Source of the DNA: Corallochytrium limacisporum Hawaii
Taxonomy: Eukaryota > Protista > Pluriformea
Length of the DNA stretch: 64,000 bases
Direction of reading: 5' to 3'
Assembly: GCA_002811645.1 (NCBI GenBank)
Contig: PDIP01000053.1
Location: 1 to 64,000, forward strand
In this document: positions 45,101-53,628 of the stretch, piece after piece
Layout: each line of letters begins with the position of its first letter
Position numbering within the stretch: the first letter of the stretch is position 1
Made by a program: the position numbers and the translations under genes
Notes under the pieces: generated by a model
Databases searched by the model: none
What the model was told of the DNA's origin: nothing
Seen by the model: only the letters and a program-made list of their open reading frames with translations

Positions 45101-45233
45101 GCGGTCATCCCGGGACACGGAAAGCCTGCGCAAGGGTAGCCGTATTCCTTTCAAACGGTGGATAGCTGCTGTGGATGAGATCCTGGCATTGCAGCCGGGA
45201 GTCAATGGTTCTCCCATGCGACATTCTTGTTAA
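42147..45233 (+). CDS. TRPC4AP: TRPC4AP/TRUSS-like CRL4 substrate adaptor
   Basis: 1028 aa. HGPNCECSPE....IQ..RL..NY, WLASAVEAYIRG, FDLLGEL.RFN, VDSNLMIR, ENICCINTSL and I.F..W match recalled TRPC4AP blocks. Confidence 0.85.
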   Translation: MTMSDRGNNADLEELANAALENMIESAERAREARERYTSRLSSLTGDRDASEGPEDESPINWQLDSVRRSEESFEELRLFSPKNYRQGPFPFTVQICQELGLSVKGNVRKPGRIVQRDHILSRLRIKSEKTSTSTSGRTQSASNVIKTQDGRNVVRILEGIASASRRGCPSCVVGHLVDLTDYIVEIAGDMHAERSLPSDPLDEFEELFILMDLPVILRRIIKDYAFLAYDCKHQDPVLWKRYCGKVRTCKGLKEHYGYARVPSRIHKLDETRNSTIIIHSAVPVLDDLIDEQLRESPNLLQRTACILSLELIKHCLERHANYVVPTFADSDFITSLFYLLRDAHMAAQAMCLLEEGLVIRRKMYSLSNVCFLKEYLDNRDTLENATLCRLLGLIVHDQDLPMFNTDKGNMVLNQGSVTSTRSKNVRTADENVALLVKSRQFLTSLVSTIRLETIFQLQVIGCQHGTVASSEHISILIQDLCSNEMQLRWENGDQQLDVTEFTPRSLAAMRPPVYRKMRTVEVLHVLASISGSSMRPSVVEFLYREGFPCWMGALFKQMRWDDPTSLRSDHIHGPNCECSPEDGFRIQCMRLFHNYCEGLPGVHHKRRLWGNKRKDIETIEENLSILSCHRLLHAHKITLDEWCDANEVDLDTVEEDHAALYWPLIPEMNEDPGLLKHRAAGRREFTTFEERSLRSSWLQSSAQMWPSSLAKTFKKWEGTLPNGVEFFEFEGTSTLMDLSHLDMVEPTRGWHHKCTSNLMMSIIDRLIREPWDSKYVVWLASAVEAYIRGAPLADKIYIDSVLDLPKHLIAKLMKMYKDDPDSTEAEPIGPIQNIFDLLGELWRFNPWGLAMRQKDSRNLTGIIRRAMEDPVDSNLMIRYIILTNVDARINKNPYIDYDPMTCPYSQALVDNWKCLVKIFEAVSIDNMCTENICCINTSLLIYQLRDHHEACAMAWDFIVTDETRGCPALRTFQHVLPSWKLYYLRSSRDTESLRKGSRIPFKRWIAAVDEILALQPGVNGSPMRHSC

Positions 45234-45747
45234 TCCATACTACTGTCTCCAAACTGTAACATACCATTTGTAAAATACCATTAGACCAGTTTAGATATGC
45301 CTACAGGACAGCCCTCGGGGACCCATTCAGAGAAATCGGCCCCTAATATGCTCAGGGAAATGCGGGTTTCTCCCCCGCAACGGGCGGTGGGGCGTGAAAG
45401 GGTTACGGTGGTTGCGAACGAGAATCAATCAAATTCAACTTGATACAGGTCTCTCCATCAATTTGGCCCCATCACCAGACAAGACCGAGTGGGGAGCAAT
45501 GGGAAAGATTTCCTGCGTGAGTCTCACACTTGAGACCCCATGTCGGGTAGAGTGGCAGGGGGCATGGGGAGAAGGGAAGGTTGATGAGACTATGTACTAC
45601 GGGACCCATTTCGATGGTTCGCTCATCTGAATCACCTGCTAACATCACTGAACCATCGTTCATTATATACTCATGTGTAGGCCCAAAGCCAGGACTAAGT
45701 GAAGACCAACTCATCCTTACCAGATCAAGTGATTAACGAAGATCAAC

Positions 45748-47121
45748 ATGCCGACTCTGAGACCCTGCAGTCCCAGATCGAATCGGGACGTGATGACGTC
45801 TTTGAGGATCAGCATATCTCCTCCTTCAAAAAGACATTGTGGTGATAGCAAGTGCGCATCTGCTGAGAATACCGTCAGTCCATCGGCTGGTCCCACTAGT
45901 GATGCGGCGGTGGGGCACTTCGCAGACAAAGGTTTAGGAGATGAGTCGCTTGTGCAGTCGCTCAGTATCACAAGTCAGATGGATAGTTTAGTAACGAAAT
46001 TTTCCAAGTCACCATCCAGCGAGAAGAATGTTGATAATATAGATGCATGCACTGCATGGTGGAAATTTGTACACAAACGATCATCTTGTCAACCTCTCTT
46101 TGAGATCTGCGAGGTGTCGTCAGACTACTTACCCCATGATTTTGTCCCTCAAATCAAGGCTTTGGAAAACACTCTCACAGAGTTTGTAGAGCGTGAGCAG
46201 ACTGAATTGGGTGACCCTTTCCTCGGCGTCAAACTTCCAGACCTTGTGACCGATCGCCGTCGCGCAGTACTACTGAGCTGGATGGCTCAGGTGTGCACGG
46301 ATGAGCGCCGCAGTCGTGAGACTTTCCATCTATCGGTGAAGCTATTAGATGTCTTGCTCGCAAGGCATCATCAATGGAAGGAATGGGACCTTGATGTCAG
46401 GATTGACAACCTACAACTGACTGTATCAGTTCTGCTTCATTTAGCACACAAGCTCCTGGAACCGGAGGACATTCCTCTTGAGACCGTTAATTACTACTGC
46501 ATGGCGAATCACAGCAATGAAGAACTCACTGTACTAGAGATCAAGGTGTCCAGTATCCTGGAATGGCGATTTCATTATGTCACGCCGCTCACCTTCCTAG
46601 GAATCTACTGCAAGATGTTCGGCATCATTTTCTATGACTATGAACATCCCCGTTTGCCAGAAACAATGCAGGAAGTGATGTGGAGCGCTGAGTTCCTGCC
46701 TTGGACCGTGTTTGAAGCAGCATGTACTATATTGGACCATGCATTGCTTCATGTTCACTCGAACTGTTACAGGCCCAGTGAGCTCGCAGCTGCAGCTTTT
46801 TGGCACTCATCGAGACTAGATGACGGCAATTTCACCGCAATCACTGGCTACTTCCCCAGTGACCTGCAGTGCATAGAATGGATCGGCCACTTGTACGAGG
46901 TTCTCCTCACAAATGGCATTGTCAGCTCTCGAGTCAGTGAAGTTGGGAAGCGAGCATCTACGGATCCATATAGATGCCACCGCCAACCTCAGAAGGAACT
47001 GACCATTGGTTTCAACGCCATCGCTAGTACCACTATTACTCGAGTTCCCCCTCTCTCACCGCAACTGCTGCGGGGGTTCAATCGCCTGCTTAACACACAT
47101 TTCGGAAGTGCCAGTCCGTGA
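45748..47121 (+). CDS. Cyclin, most like cyclin E
   Basis: Cyclin box RRAVLLSWM.QVC.....RETFHL....LD, LQL.......K..E, E......L.WR....TPL.FL; second fold LD..L......RPS.LAAAA; SP-rich termini. Confidence 0.8.
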   Translation: MPTLRPCSPRSNRDVMTSLRISISPPSKRHCGDSKCASAENTVSPSAGPTSDAAVGHFADKGLGDESLVQSLSITSQMDSLVTKFSKSPSSEKNVDNIDACTAWWKFVHKRSSCQPLFEICEVSSDYLPHDFVPQIKALENTLTEFVEREQTELGDPFLGVKLPDLVTDRRRAVLLSWMAQVCTDERRSRETFHLSVKLLDVLLARHHQWKEWDLDVRIDNLQLTVSVLLHLAHKLLEPEDIPLETVNYYCMANHSNEELTVLEIKVSSILEWRFHYVTPLTFLGIYCKMFGIIFYDYEHPRLPETMQEVMWSAEFLPWTVFEAACTILDHALLHVHSNCYRPSELAAAAFWHSSRLDDGNFTAITGYFPSDLQCIEWIGHLYEVLLTNGIVSSRVSEVGKRASTDPYRCHRQPQKELTIGFNAIASTTITRVPPLSPQLLRGFNRLLNTHFGSASP

Positions 47122-47413
47122 AAAAAGGCCACAATCTGCCTGTGGCTTGTGAGGGCTGTGCGCACTGTTTGTTCGTCTTCAATGACTGCACAGAACAGAC
47201 CGAGTGACAGCAAAATTTTTGCCACAGGTACTTCAGGTGAATCTGGATAGCAGACCAGCAGAGCAACCCCATATTCAGAATTTGAACTTGGCGAACCTGA
47301 AAGCAAATGGCACTTACAATAGGGACACTTTATAAACGATGCCAATGCACACACAATGTAATACATACTAGTAGGGACTCAAGGGTCTTAATTTGTCTGT
47401 CAATCACACAACT

Positions 47414-50323
47414 ATGAAATTGAGTCTACTTGTGCTACTGGCATGCCATTCGGCAGTTGTATTGGTTCACGGAATCACTCCAGAAGTTGACCATGGACTG
47501 GTACGGAGAGCTGCAGACCCCTTTGCTGCCCCGGAGGAACCTGCAGGAGGGTGTGGAGACGAGGTGGAGAATGTTGGTCCGGACGTCATGTGCATGCCAA
47601 AGGACGAAAACCCTGCAGATGGTCTAGAAGAAGAAGATACGAAGAATTTAGGTGAAGAGAAACGGCGGCAAGCTATCTTGGCAGAAGATGAAAACGACGA
47701 AATCGACGAAATCGAAAACGTTGGCGAGGCAGATGAAGACGATGATATGGAGCATGTCAATGAAGTTATCGAGGACGTCAAGGCAGTTGACGAGGTCAAC
47801 GACGGCAACAATGAGGTAGATAAAATCAATCATGGCGTTGGAGACCAGGCGGGAGAAGACTTTGAGGATATCAACATCGTTGACGAAGGTGGTTTTCCAA
47901 TACAAGGCAGTTTTCTTGGGGATTCCGTCGCCGAACAGGCCATTACACTCAAAGGAATGGATCGCATGCCCTTGGAGTTACAGGCCATTGGAGGAGAGAG
48001 GTTGCTGACCCTTTTGCGCACCTTTTTGCGCCTCAATGCACCGGCCATCTCAGGCAGAGCTATCATAGATCCACCTTTAGACCGAATCCAGTCCATTGAC
48101 GACAGTTGGCGAGAAGCCATTCGCATAACCGCAAACCGTCGAACTACGAGCACAGGTCTACTATCATACGGTGCGCGATGGCCTGACTATGACACAGGGC
48201 TACGAGCACAGTCCGTGCATCCATACCCGGAAGTTATGGATCACTTCCTTATTACTGATGCCTTCAACGATGGCGGCATGGAACGGGATTTGATAATGTT
48301 GCTGTACAGCCAAGATTGCCGCAACTGTCGTTTCTCTTTAGCAGTGTTCAAGAAGGTACACCGCCAGCTATATATTGAGCTCGGCCAAGACACTAAGTGG
48401 TCGAATCGCGTTATCATGGGTTCCCTGGATACGAGTCGCAGTGACACCCACCACATCATTGAGCTGATCAAGCCGTCCCGATACCCATGCATTGTTCACA
48501 TAAGTGTCACCGGCTTTATCACTCGCTACTATGATGATCCCAAGGACGAGACCTCGATTGCGAATTGGATCAATCACCAGGCTATGCCACTATGGTACTT
48601 TGGCTACGGCATGGAGACAGTGGAAGACGCCAACAATCGGCAGAGACAGGAGCACATTGTGATTCCTACACGGAAAATGCTCATGGATCGTTCTTCCGAT
48701 GCGCAGATTCGCAGATGGAAGCACTTTCTGCATCATAAATATGCCACAGACCGGATCATGTTTGTGTTGGTGCTGGACGATGATTCTGTTGGTCGCAGTG
48801 CGGACTTCCACGGCCAACATGTGGCAAGCAGGGATAGGTCGAATGAATTGGACCTGGGTGTGACCGATCCTCTTGAGTTTCTCGAGGTCTTTGGTGCCTT
48901 GTCCATCCATGCTGCGGCCTTTGCAGAGTTTAGTGTGACTTCACAGTCTGGCATTGAGGTTATGTTCAACACCGATCGCGGCGCCGACTCCCGCATCACC
49001 GCCCCTGCACTGCTTGCACTCGGAGACGGCACAGTGAAAGGTGCAAACTTGGAGAGCGCAGATCAGGTGGCCTTCATGATTGTTGAAGGGTTTAAGAAGT
49101 CCAACTCAGAGAATGACAATGTCGCTAACGATCCGCGCCATCCGAATATTCGCAGTGGAGTTCAGCTTGAACGGCTCAGCCACATGGGTCTACTGCCCCT
49201 GCTGCCAGAGTGGACGAGCCTGACGCACGCACTCATGTTTGATTCGTCTTTAACCGATGCAACGGGAGCACACGGTGCGAACACTCTAGGCAGCCACAAA
49301 CCGGGCAGTGTGCAACAGACCGTGGATTCGCTGACAGGCATGATGGGTTACCTTCCACAGCACCTTCAAAAGTTGCGTCGTGACAGAGGCAATGACGCGG
49401 CTCCAGCTGACGACCAGGGACTTGTATACGTAGAGAACGACCCAATTGATGCCCTTCTTGTTGTCCTTTGTAATCGCCACGTACATCATGCCTTTAATGC
49501 GTCCATCCACGTGAAAGACCTGCAGCAAGCGGATGATGTGTCCGGTCCTCTGCTCTCTGCGGTGGCTATGATGCGTGTAGTGTGGGAGGCGGCCAAGGAG
49601 CGTGCCGAAAGAACTGTACAAGGGACCATGGCCAAAACTGGGGTGCGCATAGTTTGGCTCGACGTTGAGCGGTACCCTTCAATTGTCACACAGATCCTCG
49701 GCCTGCCACCGGGTGTCCTGGATGCACTGGAGGATGAGGACCAGGAAATATATTCTCCGGACGACGGTGAAGGCGAGGACCAGGCCGCTGAAGATCACGG
49801 AAACGTGCCTCTGCTGGTTGTCGGTGCTAATCCAGCTCTGCTCAATTTGCATGGGTACATCAATCCGGATGAAACTGCCTCGGCACGCACAAGGTCTAAC
49901 ATTTTTGGAAGCACGGCCCCTTTGGTTACGATCTTGGGTGGTGTTGGAAGGCCCTGGGGCACTGCAGCTCCAGGACCCGCCCCCAGCTTTGGCTACCTAC
50001 AGGATCAGCTTGACCGTATTCTTGAGAATCCCAAGAGTGCTATGGCGGAGATAATGCGTAACGCCCCGTATTCCGGTGGCCAATCGTGGGCTCCGGGGTC
50101 TAAACAGGCTGGCGATACCGAAATCCGTGCTATTCCTCCTACGAACTGGGACAACAGTCTGTCCTGGGTCATCGGCGCACTCGGGGTGACGTTCTGGCGG
50201 TTGCTTATTTTCGTGGTGGTGGCATGCCTCTTGATAGTAGTTGACTTCTTGCTCAGCACTCTTGGCCGGATGTCCATGTCAGTGCTTCCTCTTGTCAACA
50301 ACGATAATATCAAGAAAGACTGA
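47414..50323 (+). CDS. Large secretory-pathway thioredoxin/PDI-like (TMX-type) membrane protein
   Basis: Signal peptide MKLSLLVLLACHSAVVLVHG, acidic region, LLYSQDCRNC (CxxC) ..YPCIV.. thioredoxin-like fold, IVWLDVERYP b'-like segment, C-terminal TM, ends IKKD. Confidence 0.6.
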   Translation: MKLSLLVLLACHSAVVLVHGITPEVDHGLVRRAADPFAAPEEPAGGCGDEVENVGPDVMCMPKDENPADGLEEEDTKNLGEEKRRQAILAEDENDEIDEIENVGEADEDDDMEHVNEVIEDVKAVDEVNDGNNEVDKINHGVGDQAGEDFEDINIVDEGGFPIQGSFLGDSVAEQAITLKGMDRMPLELQAIGGERLLTLLRTFLRLNAPAISGRAIIDPPLDRIQSIDDSWREAIRITANRRTTSTGLLSYGARWPDYDTGLRAQSVHPYPEVMDHFLITDAFNDGGMERDLIMLLYSQDCRNCRFSLAVFKKVHRQLYIELGQDTKWSNRVIMGSLDTSRSDTHHIIELIKPSRYPCIVHISVTGFITRYYDDPKDETSIANWINHQAMPLWYFGYGMETVEDANNRQRQEHIVIPTRKMLMDRSSDAQIRRWKHFLHHKYATDRIMFVLVLDDDSVGRSADFHGQHVASRDRSNELDLGVTDPLEFLEVFGALSIHAAAFAEFSVTSQSGIEVMFNTDRGADSRITAPALLALGDGTVKGANLESADQVAFMIVEGFKKSNSENDNVANDPRHPNIRSGVQLERLSHMGLLPLLPEWTSLTHALMFDSSLTDATGAHGANTLGSHKPGSVQQTVDSLTGMMGYLPQHLQKLRRDRGNDAAPADDQGLVYVENDPIDALLVVLCNRHVHHAFNASIHVKDLQQADDVSGPLLSAVAMMRVVWEAAKERAERTVQGTMAKTGVRIVWLDVERYPSIVTQILGLPPGVLDALEDEDQEIYSPDDGEGEDQAAEDHGNVPLLVVGANPALLNLHGYINPDETASARTRSNIFGSTAPLVTILGGVGRPWGTAAPGPAPSFGYLQDQLDRILENPKSAMAEIMRNAPYSGGQSWAPGSKQAGDTEIRAIPPTNWDNSLSWVIGALGVTFWRLLIFVVVACLLIVVDFLLSTLGRMSMSVLPLVNNDNIKKD

Positions 50324-50406
50324 TCTCCTTGAGTATCAATATGGAGTTTATTGTGTACCGTAAACCATTATAACGAAACAATTCAATTTCAGTGGTGTCA
50401 TATACG

Positions 50407-52053
50407 TCACATAAGGTCTTCAAAATTCATGCTGCCGTCCTTCTTGATGCTGCTCTTCGCAGCAGCGAAGAGGTCTGTTAATGATGTTTGTCCCTTGGTT
50501 GAGTTCATTGCACTTGATTTCGACTTTTTACTCGTCTTCTTCGGGGCCGCAGCCTTGCTCTTCGTCTTGCTCTTTAGCCTACCATTGCCGCTCTTGCCCT
50601 TTCCATTAAGCAGCTGCGACAAAGATGTAGGCATGGGCGACTTTCCCTTTGCTTTGCTCCCTGTACTCTTGGACTTGGCTGGCGTACCCGCCTTTGAGGC
50701 TGTGTTAGGAGCTTTCTTCTTAGTCTTAACTGACGATGCTTTGGAAGTCTTCATTTTGGACGCACTCTTCTTCTTTGCCTTCTTCGAGGTGTTGAGAGAT
50801 TTCTTTGTGCCCTTTGCTGACTTCTTCCGTCCACTTTCAGCCACCTTTCTGCTAGCTGAAGAGTTCTTACGCTTCGAGCCTGTAGCCGGTTTGGTAGACT
50901 TCTTTTCCTTTGGATGATTTTTCTTAGTTTTCATCTCTTTCTCCTGGTTCAAACTTGCTACCAAGTAGCTCTGCAAGAGGGCCAATTCGGATGCCTGCTG
51001 CGCTGCCTTTGCCGCCTTCCGCTGTCGATATTTCTTGAGGTCGTTCCGGAGGATGACACCAGTCACCATCGCTCGTAGATGTTGATTTCCGTGGTCAAAA
51101 GTAACCATACCCGTGCCAATCGGGGAGGCCTCCGGATATGTGGGTGTCGCCAGAGGCATCGGCATCTTTTCAGATGAAGGCTCAGTGTATTCCTCCGCAG
51201 TTTTCAACTCCATTGACTTTCTCTTCTTTACTGAATCCGGAATCAGTTGTTCGTCCAATTTTCCTCGGCTCTGCTGATCAACGGACATGGTCAGCGATCC
51301 TTCGTGCAAGTCCTTGCTTCCAAGGATGCCATGGACATCCCTCATATGGGCAAGAACACGATGACTCAACATCAAATGCGCACAAAGAGCACACGTGGCC
51401 ATGACTGATTCATCCTTTAGCGGTCTCGCCTCGAACACGGGTCGGTCATGTGCACTAAACGTTACCGATTTTGCGGGCAACTCCACGTCATGCTCCGCAA
51501 CGATGGTGGCAGGATCACCGGACAAGGTAAACTCTGTGACGTTCGCAACATCCTTATCGTTCGCTAGATCCCTATGTGACGCTTCTTCATGAGGCAGCAT
51601 GTCCACAATAATATTGGCTTGCACATCGTCCCACTTCATTCCCCTTTGGAGTGTATGGTCTGGGTTCTTCTGTATCTCTTCATCAAAGTCTTGTTTTCCA
51701 ACAGTTTCTAAAAGTTTAACAATATCCTGTAGCCTTGCTCCAAGGATCTCATCCAGTTCTTCCGCATCCCAACCAAGGTGCTTCTTTAGTACTTCACTGA
51801 TCTGATCCGGTGAGTAGTCTGTATTTCCGTCTAGATATTGCAGCATTTGATCCGCCAAGTCCTCGATGGAGATGTCACCAGAAATCCCGTTGGCGCCATG
51901 TCCTTGACCATTAGAAACCTCTCCATTTCCTGAATCTGTTGATGATCTCGATTCCTCATTGTCAAGGCTCATCCCATTGTCACCAAGTTTGCTACGGTAA
52001 CCTGGTCCGCTCTCCGACGTTGCGACCAGCGCGTTGCCGTTCTCGAGCTTCAT
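50407..52053 (-). CDS. Hypothetical nuclear protein: acidic N-half, one C2H2-like finger, histone H1-like Lys/Ala/Ser tail
   Basis: 548-aa ATG ORF convergent with the neighbouring gene. CALC-x11-H-x4-H; about 170-aa K-rich tail. Confidence 0.7.
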   Translation of the reverse strand: MKLENGNALVATSESGPGYRSKLGDNGMSLDNEESRSSTDSGNGEVSNGQGHGANGISGDISIEDLADQMLQYLDGNTDYSPDQISEVLKKHLGWDAEELDEILGARLQDIVKLLETVGKQDFDEEIQKNPDHTLQRGMKWDDVQANIIVDMLPHEEASHRDLANDKDVANVTEFTLSGDPATIVAEHDVELPAKSVTFSAHDRPVFEARPLKDESVMATCALCAHLMLSHRVLAHMRDVHGILGSKDLHEGSLTMSVDQQSRGKLDEQLIPDSVKKRKSMELKTAEEYTEPSSEKMPMPLATPTYPEASPIGTGMVTFDHGNQHLRAMVTGVILRNDLKKYRQRKAAKAAQQASELALLQSYLVASLNQEKEMKTKKNHPKEKKSTKPATGSKRKNSSASRKVAESGRKKSAKGTKKSLNTSKKAKKKSASKMKTSKASSVKTKKKAPNTASKAGTPAKSKSTGSKAKGKSPMPTSLSQLLNGKGKSGNGRLKSKTKSKAAAPKKTSKKSKSSAMNSTKGQTSLTDLFAAAKSSIKKDGSMNFEDLM

Positions 52054-52800
52054 GATTTCTGTCAGAGTATGTTCGAAGTGTTACATTTTGTGTCACACGA
52101 TCTTTACTATCGTTTTGGCTCCCAGTTTCGTTTGCAACTCACTCATAACTTGCTGATTCAGAGTCGCCCACTGACCACAAACGTTTCAAAATTAGTATCT
52201 CACAACCCTAGTCCCACATTGACTCCTAAGTTGAAACCTTTACTACTTGACTTGTACTGGGCGTTAACATCCATAACTTACATACCTGTGTCTATCGTTT
52301 GTCTCTGCGAAAGGAAAAAGGGACATACTCTGAGCGGGCCTTGTTCAAGCGCTGTTCCTCCGTGCCCGCCGTCCCTTCTTCCCACAAAATCCTCTACCGT
52401 TACCCGTGGAGTGCTGTCGTAGCCATCGCAGCGCGGACCGGGCCGACCGAACTCGGTACCTGTGCCTCGGCGTCGCATAGACAGACCGGGGACGGTGGAG
52501 AGACTCGTCCTCCCGTCGGCCGTTTCCCTCCCTCCCCTCAGGCGGGCGATGGGAGAGGAGGTGGGGCGGGTGCCTAACGAGCCCGCCCCATGAGATCTCC
52601 AGGTGTCGGCTTTGGCATGGTCCCCTGAGCTCTCGTTTTGGATCCGCAGACGTTCTGGATCCGCAGATCAAGGACAGACTATGCCCGACACCGTGCCGTA
52701 TATTCAATTTCTTCGATCTACATTGATGCAAAGTACGGTTTAATAGATATAGAGACAATATGATGGCAACTACCTCCTCTGAAGAATGCATACACGCGCG

Positions 52801-53628
52801 TTAAACCTTTTCAATTTTAAGAATATATCCGCGCTGGATCACGATTCCTCTGTGTTGTTGAGTTATGCTGTAACGTATAGCCCATGAGAGCTTCCAGTTG
52901 CCGTCTGAAAAGTCTTCGATTCCGGATTCTTTAAGAAGTCGGGACAGGACGTCGGACGGGAGGATATCAGCAGGGTCGTTGTGACTTAGCAGTTTGATGC
53001 CTTTTTCCTTTGCGTATGCAGCTAGATCCTTAGGAATAATGCAGCACGTATCGCTGTTGAGGTGATCAATAGCAGGCTTAATCGTAACGCTGTCGTAGAA
53101 CTTCTCCAGCGCTGCTTTCTGCAGATCACTAACTGCCAAGTGCCGGATTGCTCCATCGTTATGCAGGTGCTCCAGGATGGGCCACTGCTTCTGGTAGACG
53201 GCAATAGCATCATCATCATCCTCTACGGGGGGAAGACCAAGGTAAAACGCGTCAATGGCATCAAGTTGTAGCTGACTACTGACCAGTCCCATGGCCTCCT
53301 TTAGGCCAGCCTCAGCATCTGTGCCTTCACCCAGAAACAGTTTTATGACGCTGTGTTCCTTGTCACGATCATCACAGCAATCGCTGCATTGCAGAGGTTG
53401 ACAGTATCCGTCGTTCTCAAGAACATATATTCCTGTACTTTCGTCGATCTTGCCTGTGCTCTTTTCCTTCCATGACATAAGAGTACGACGCACAGCTTCG
53501 GCTACTTCACTTGAGGCTTCGCCGAACGGCTGAGATTGGATCTGCTTTACCAGATTACCCGTGTCCATCAGGAACGCCTGGCAACCAAGCGGCAACCGAC
53601 GATTGCCATCACCGTTCTGTATTGTCAT
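52801..53628 (-). CDS. GCLM: Glutamate-cysteine ligase modifier subunit (AKR fold)
   Basis: TGNL, IKLF, W..LE.L...G.I..L.VSD, P.ID.LN...CC.IP.DL..YAK...I.LLSHNDP..IL, W..RYS.....RGIV...GYI. Start ATG 53628 (aaccATG) or 53649. Confidence 0.9.
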   Translation of the reverse strand: MTIQNGDGNRRLPLGCQAFLMDTGNLVKQIQSQPFGEASSEVAEAVRRTLMSWKEKSTGKIDESTGIYVLENDGYCQPLQCSDCCDDRDKEHSVIKLFLGEGTDAEAGLKEAMGLVSSQLQLDAIDAFYLGLPPVEDDDDAIAVYQKQWPILEHLHNDGAIRHLAVSDLQKAALEKFYDSVTIKPAIDHLNSDTCCIIPKDLAAYAKEKGIKLLSHNDPADILPSDVLSRLLKESGIEDFSDGNWKLSWAIRYSITQQHRGIVIQRGYILKIEKV

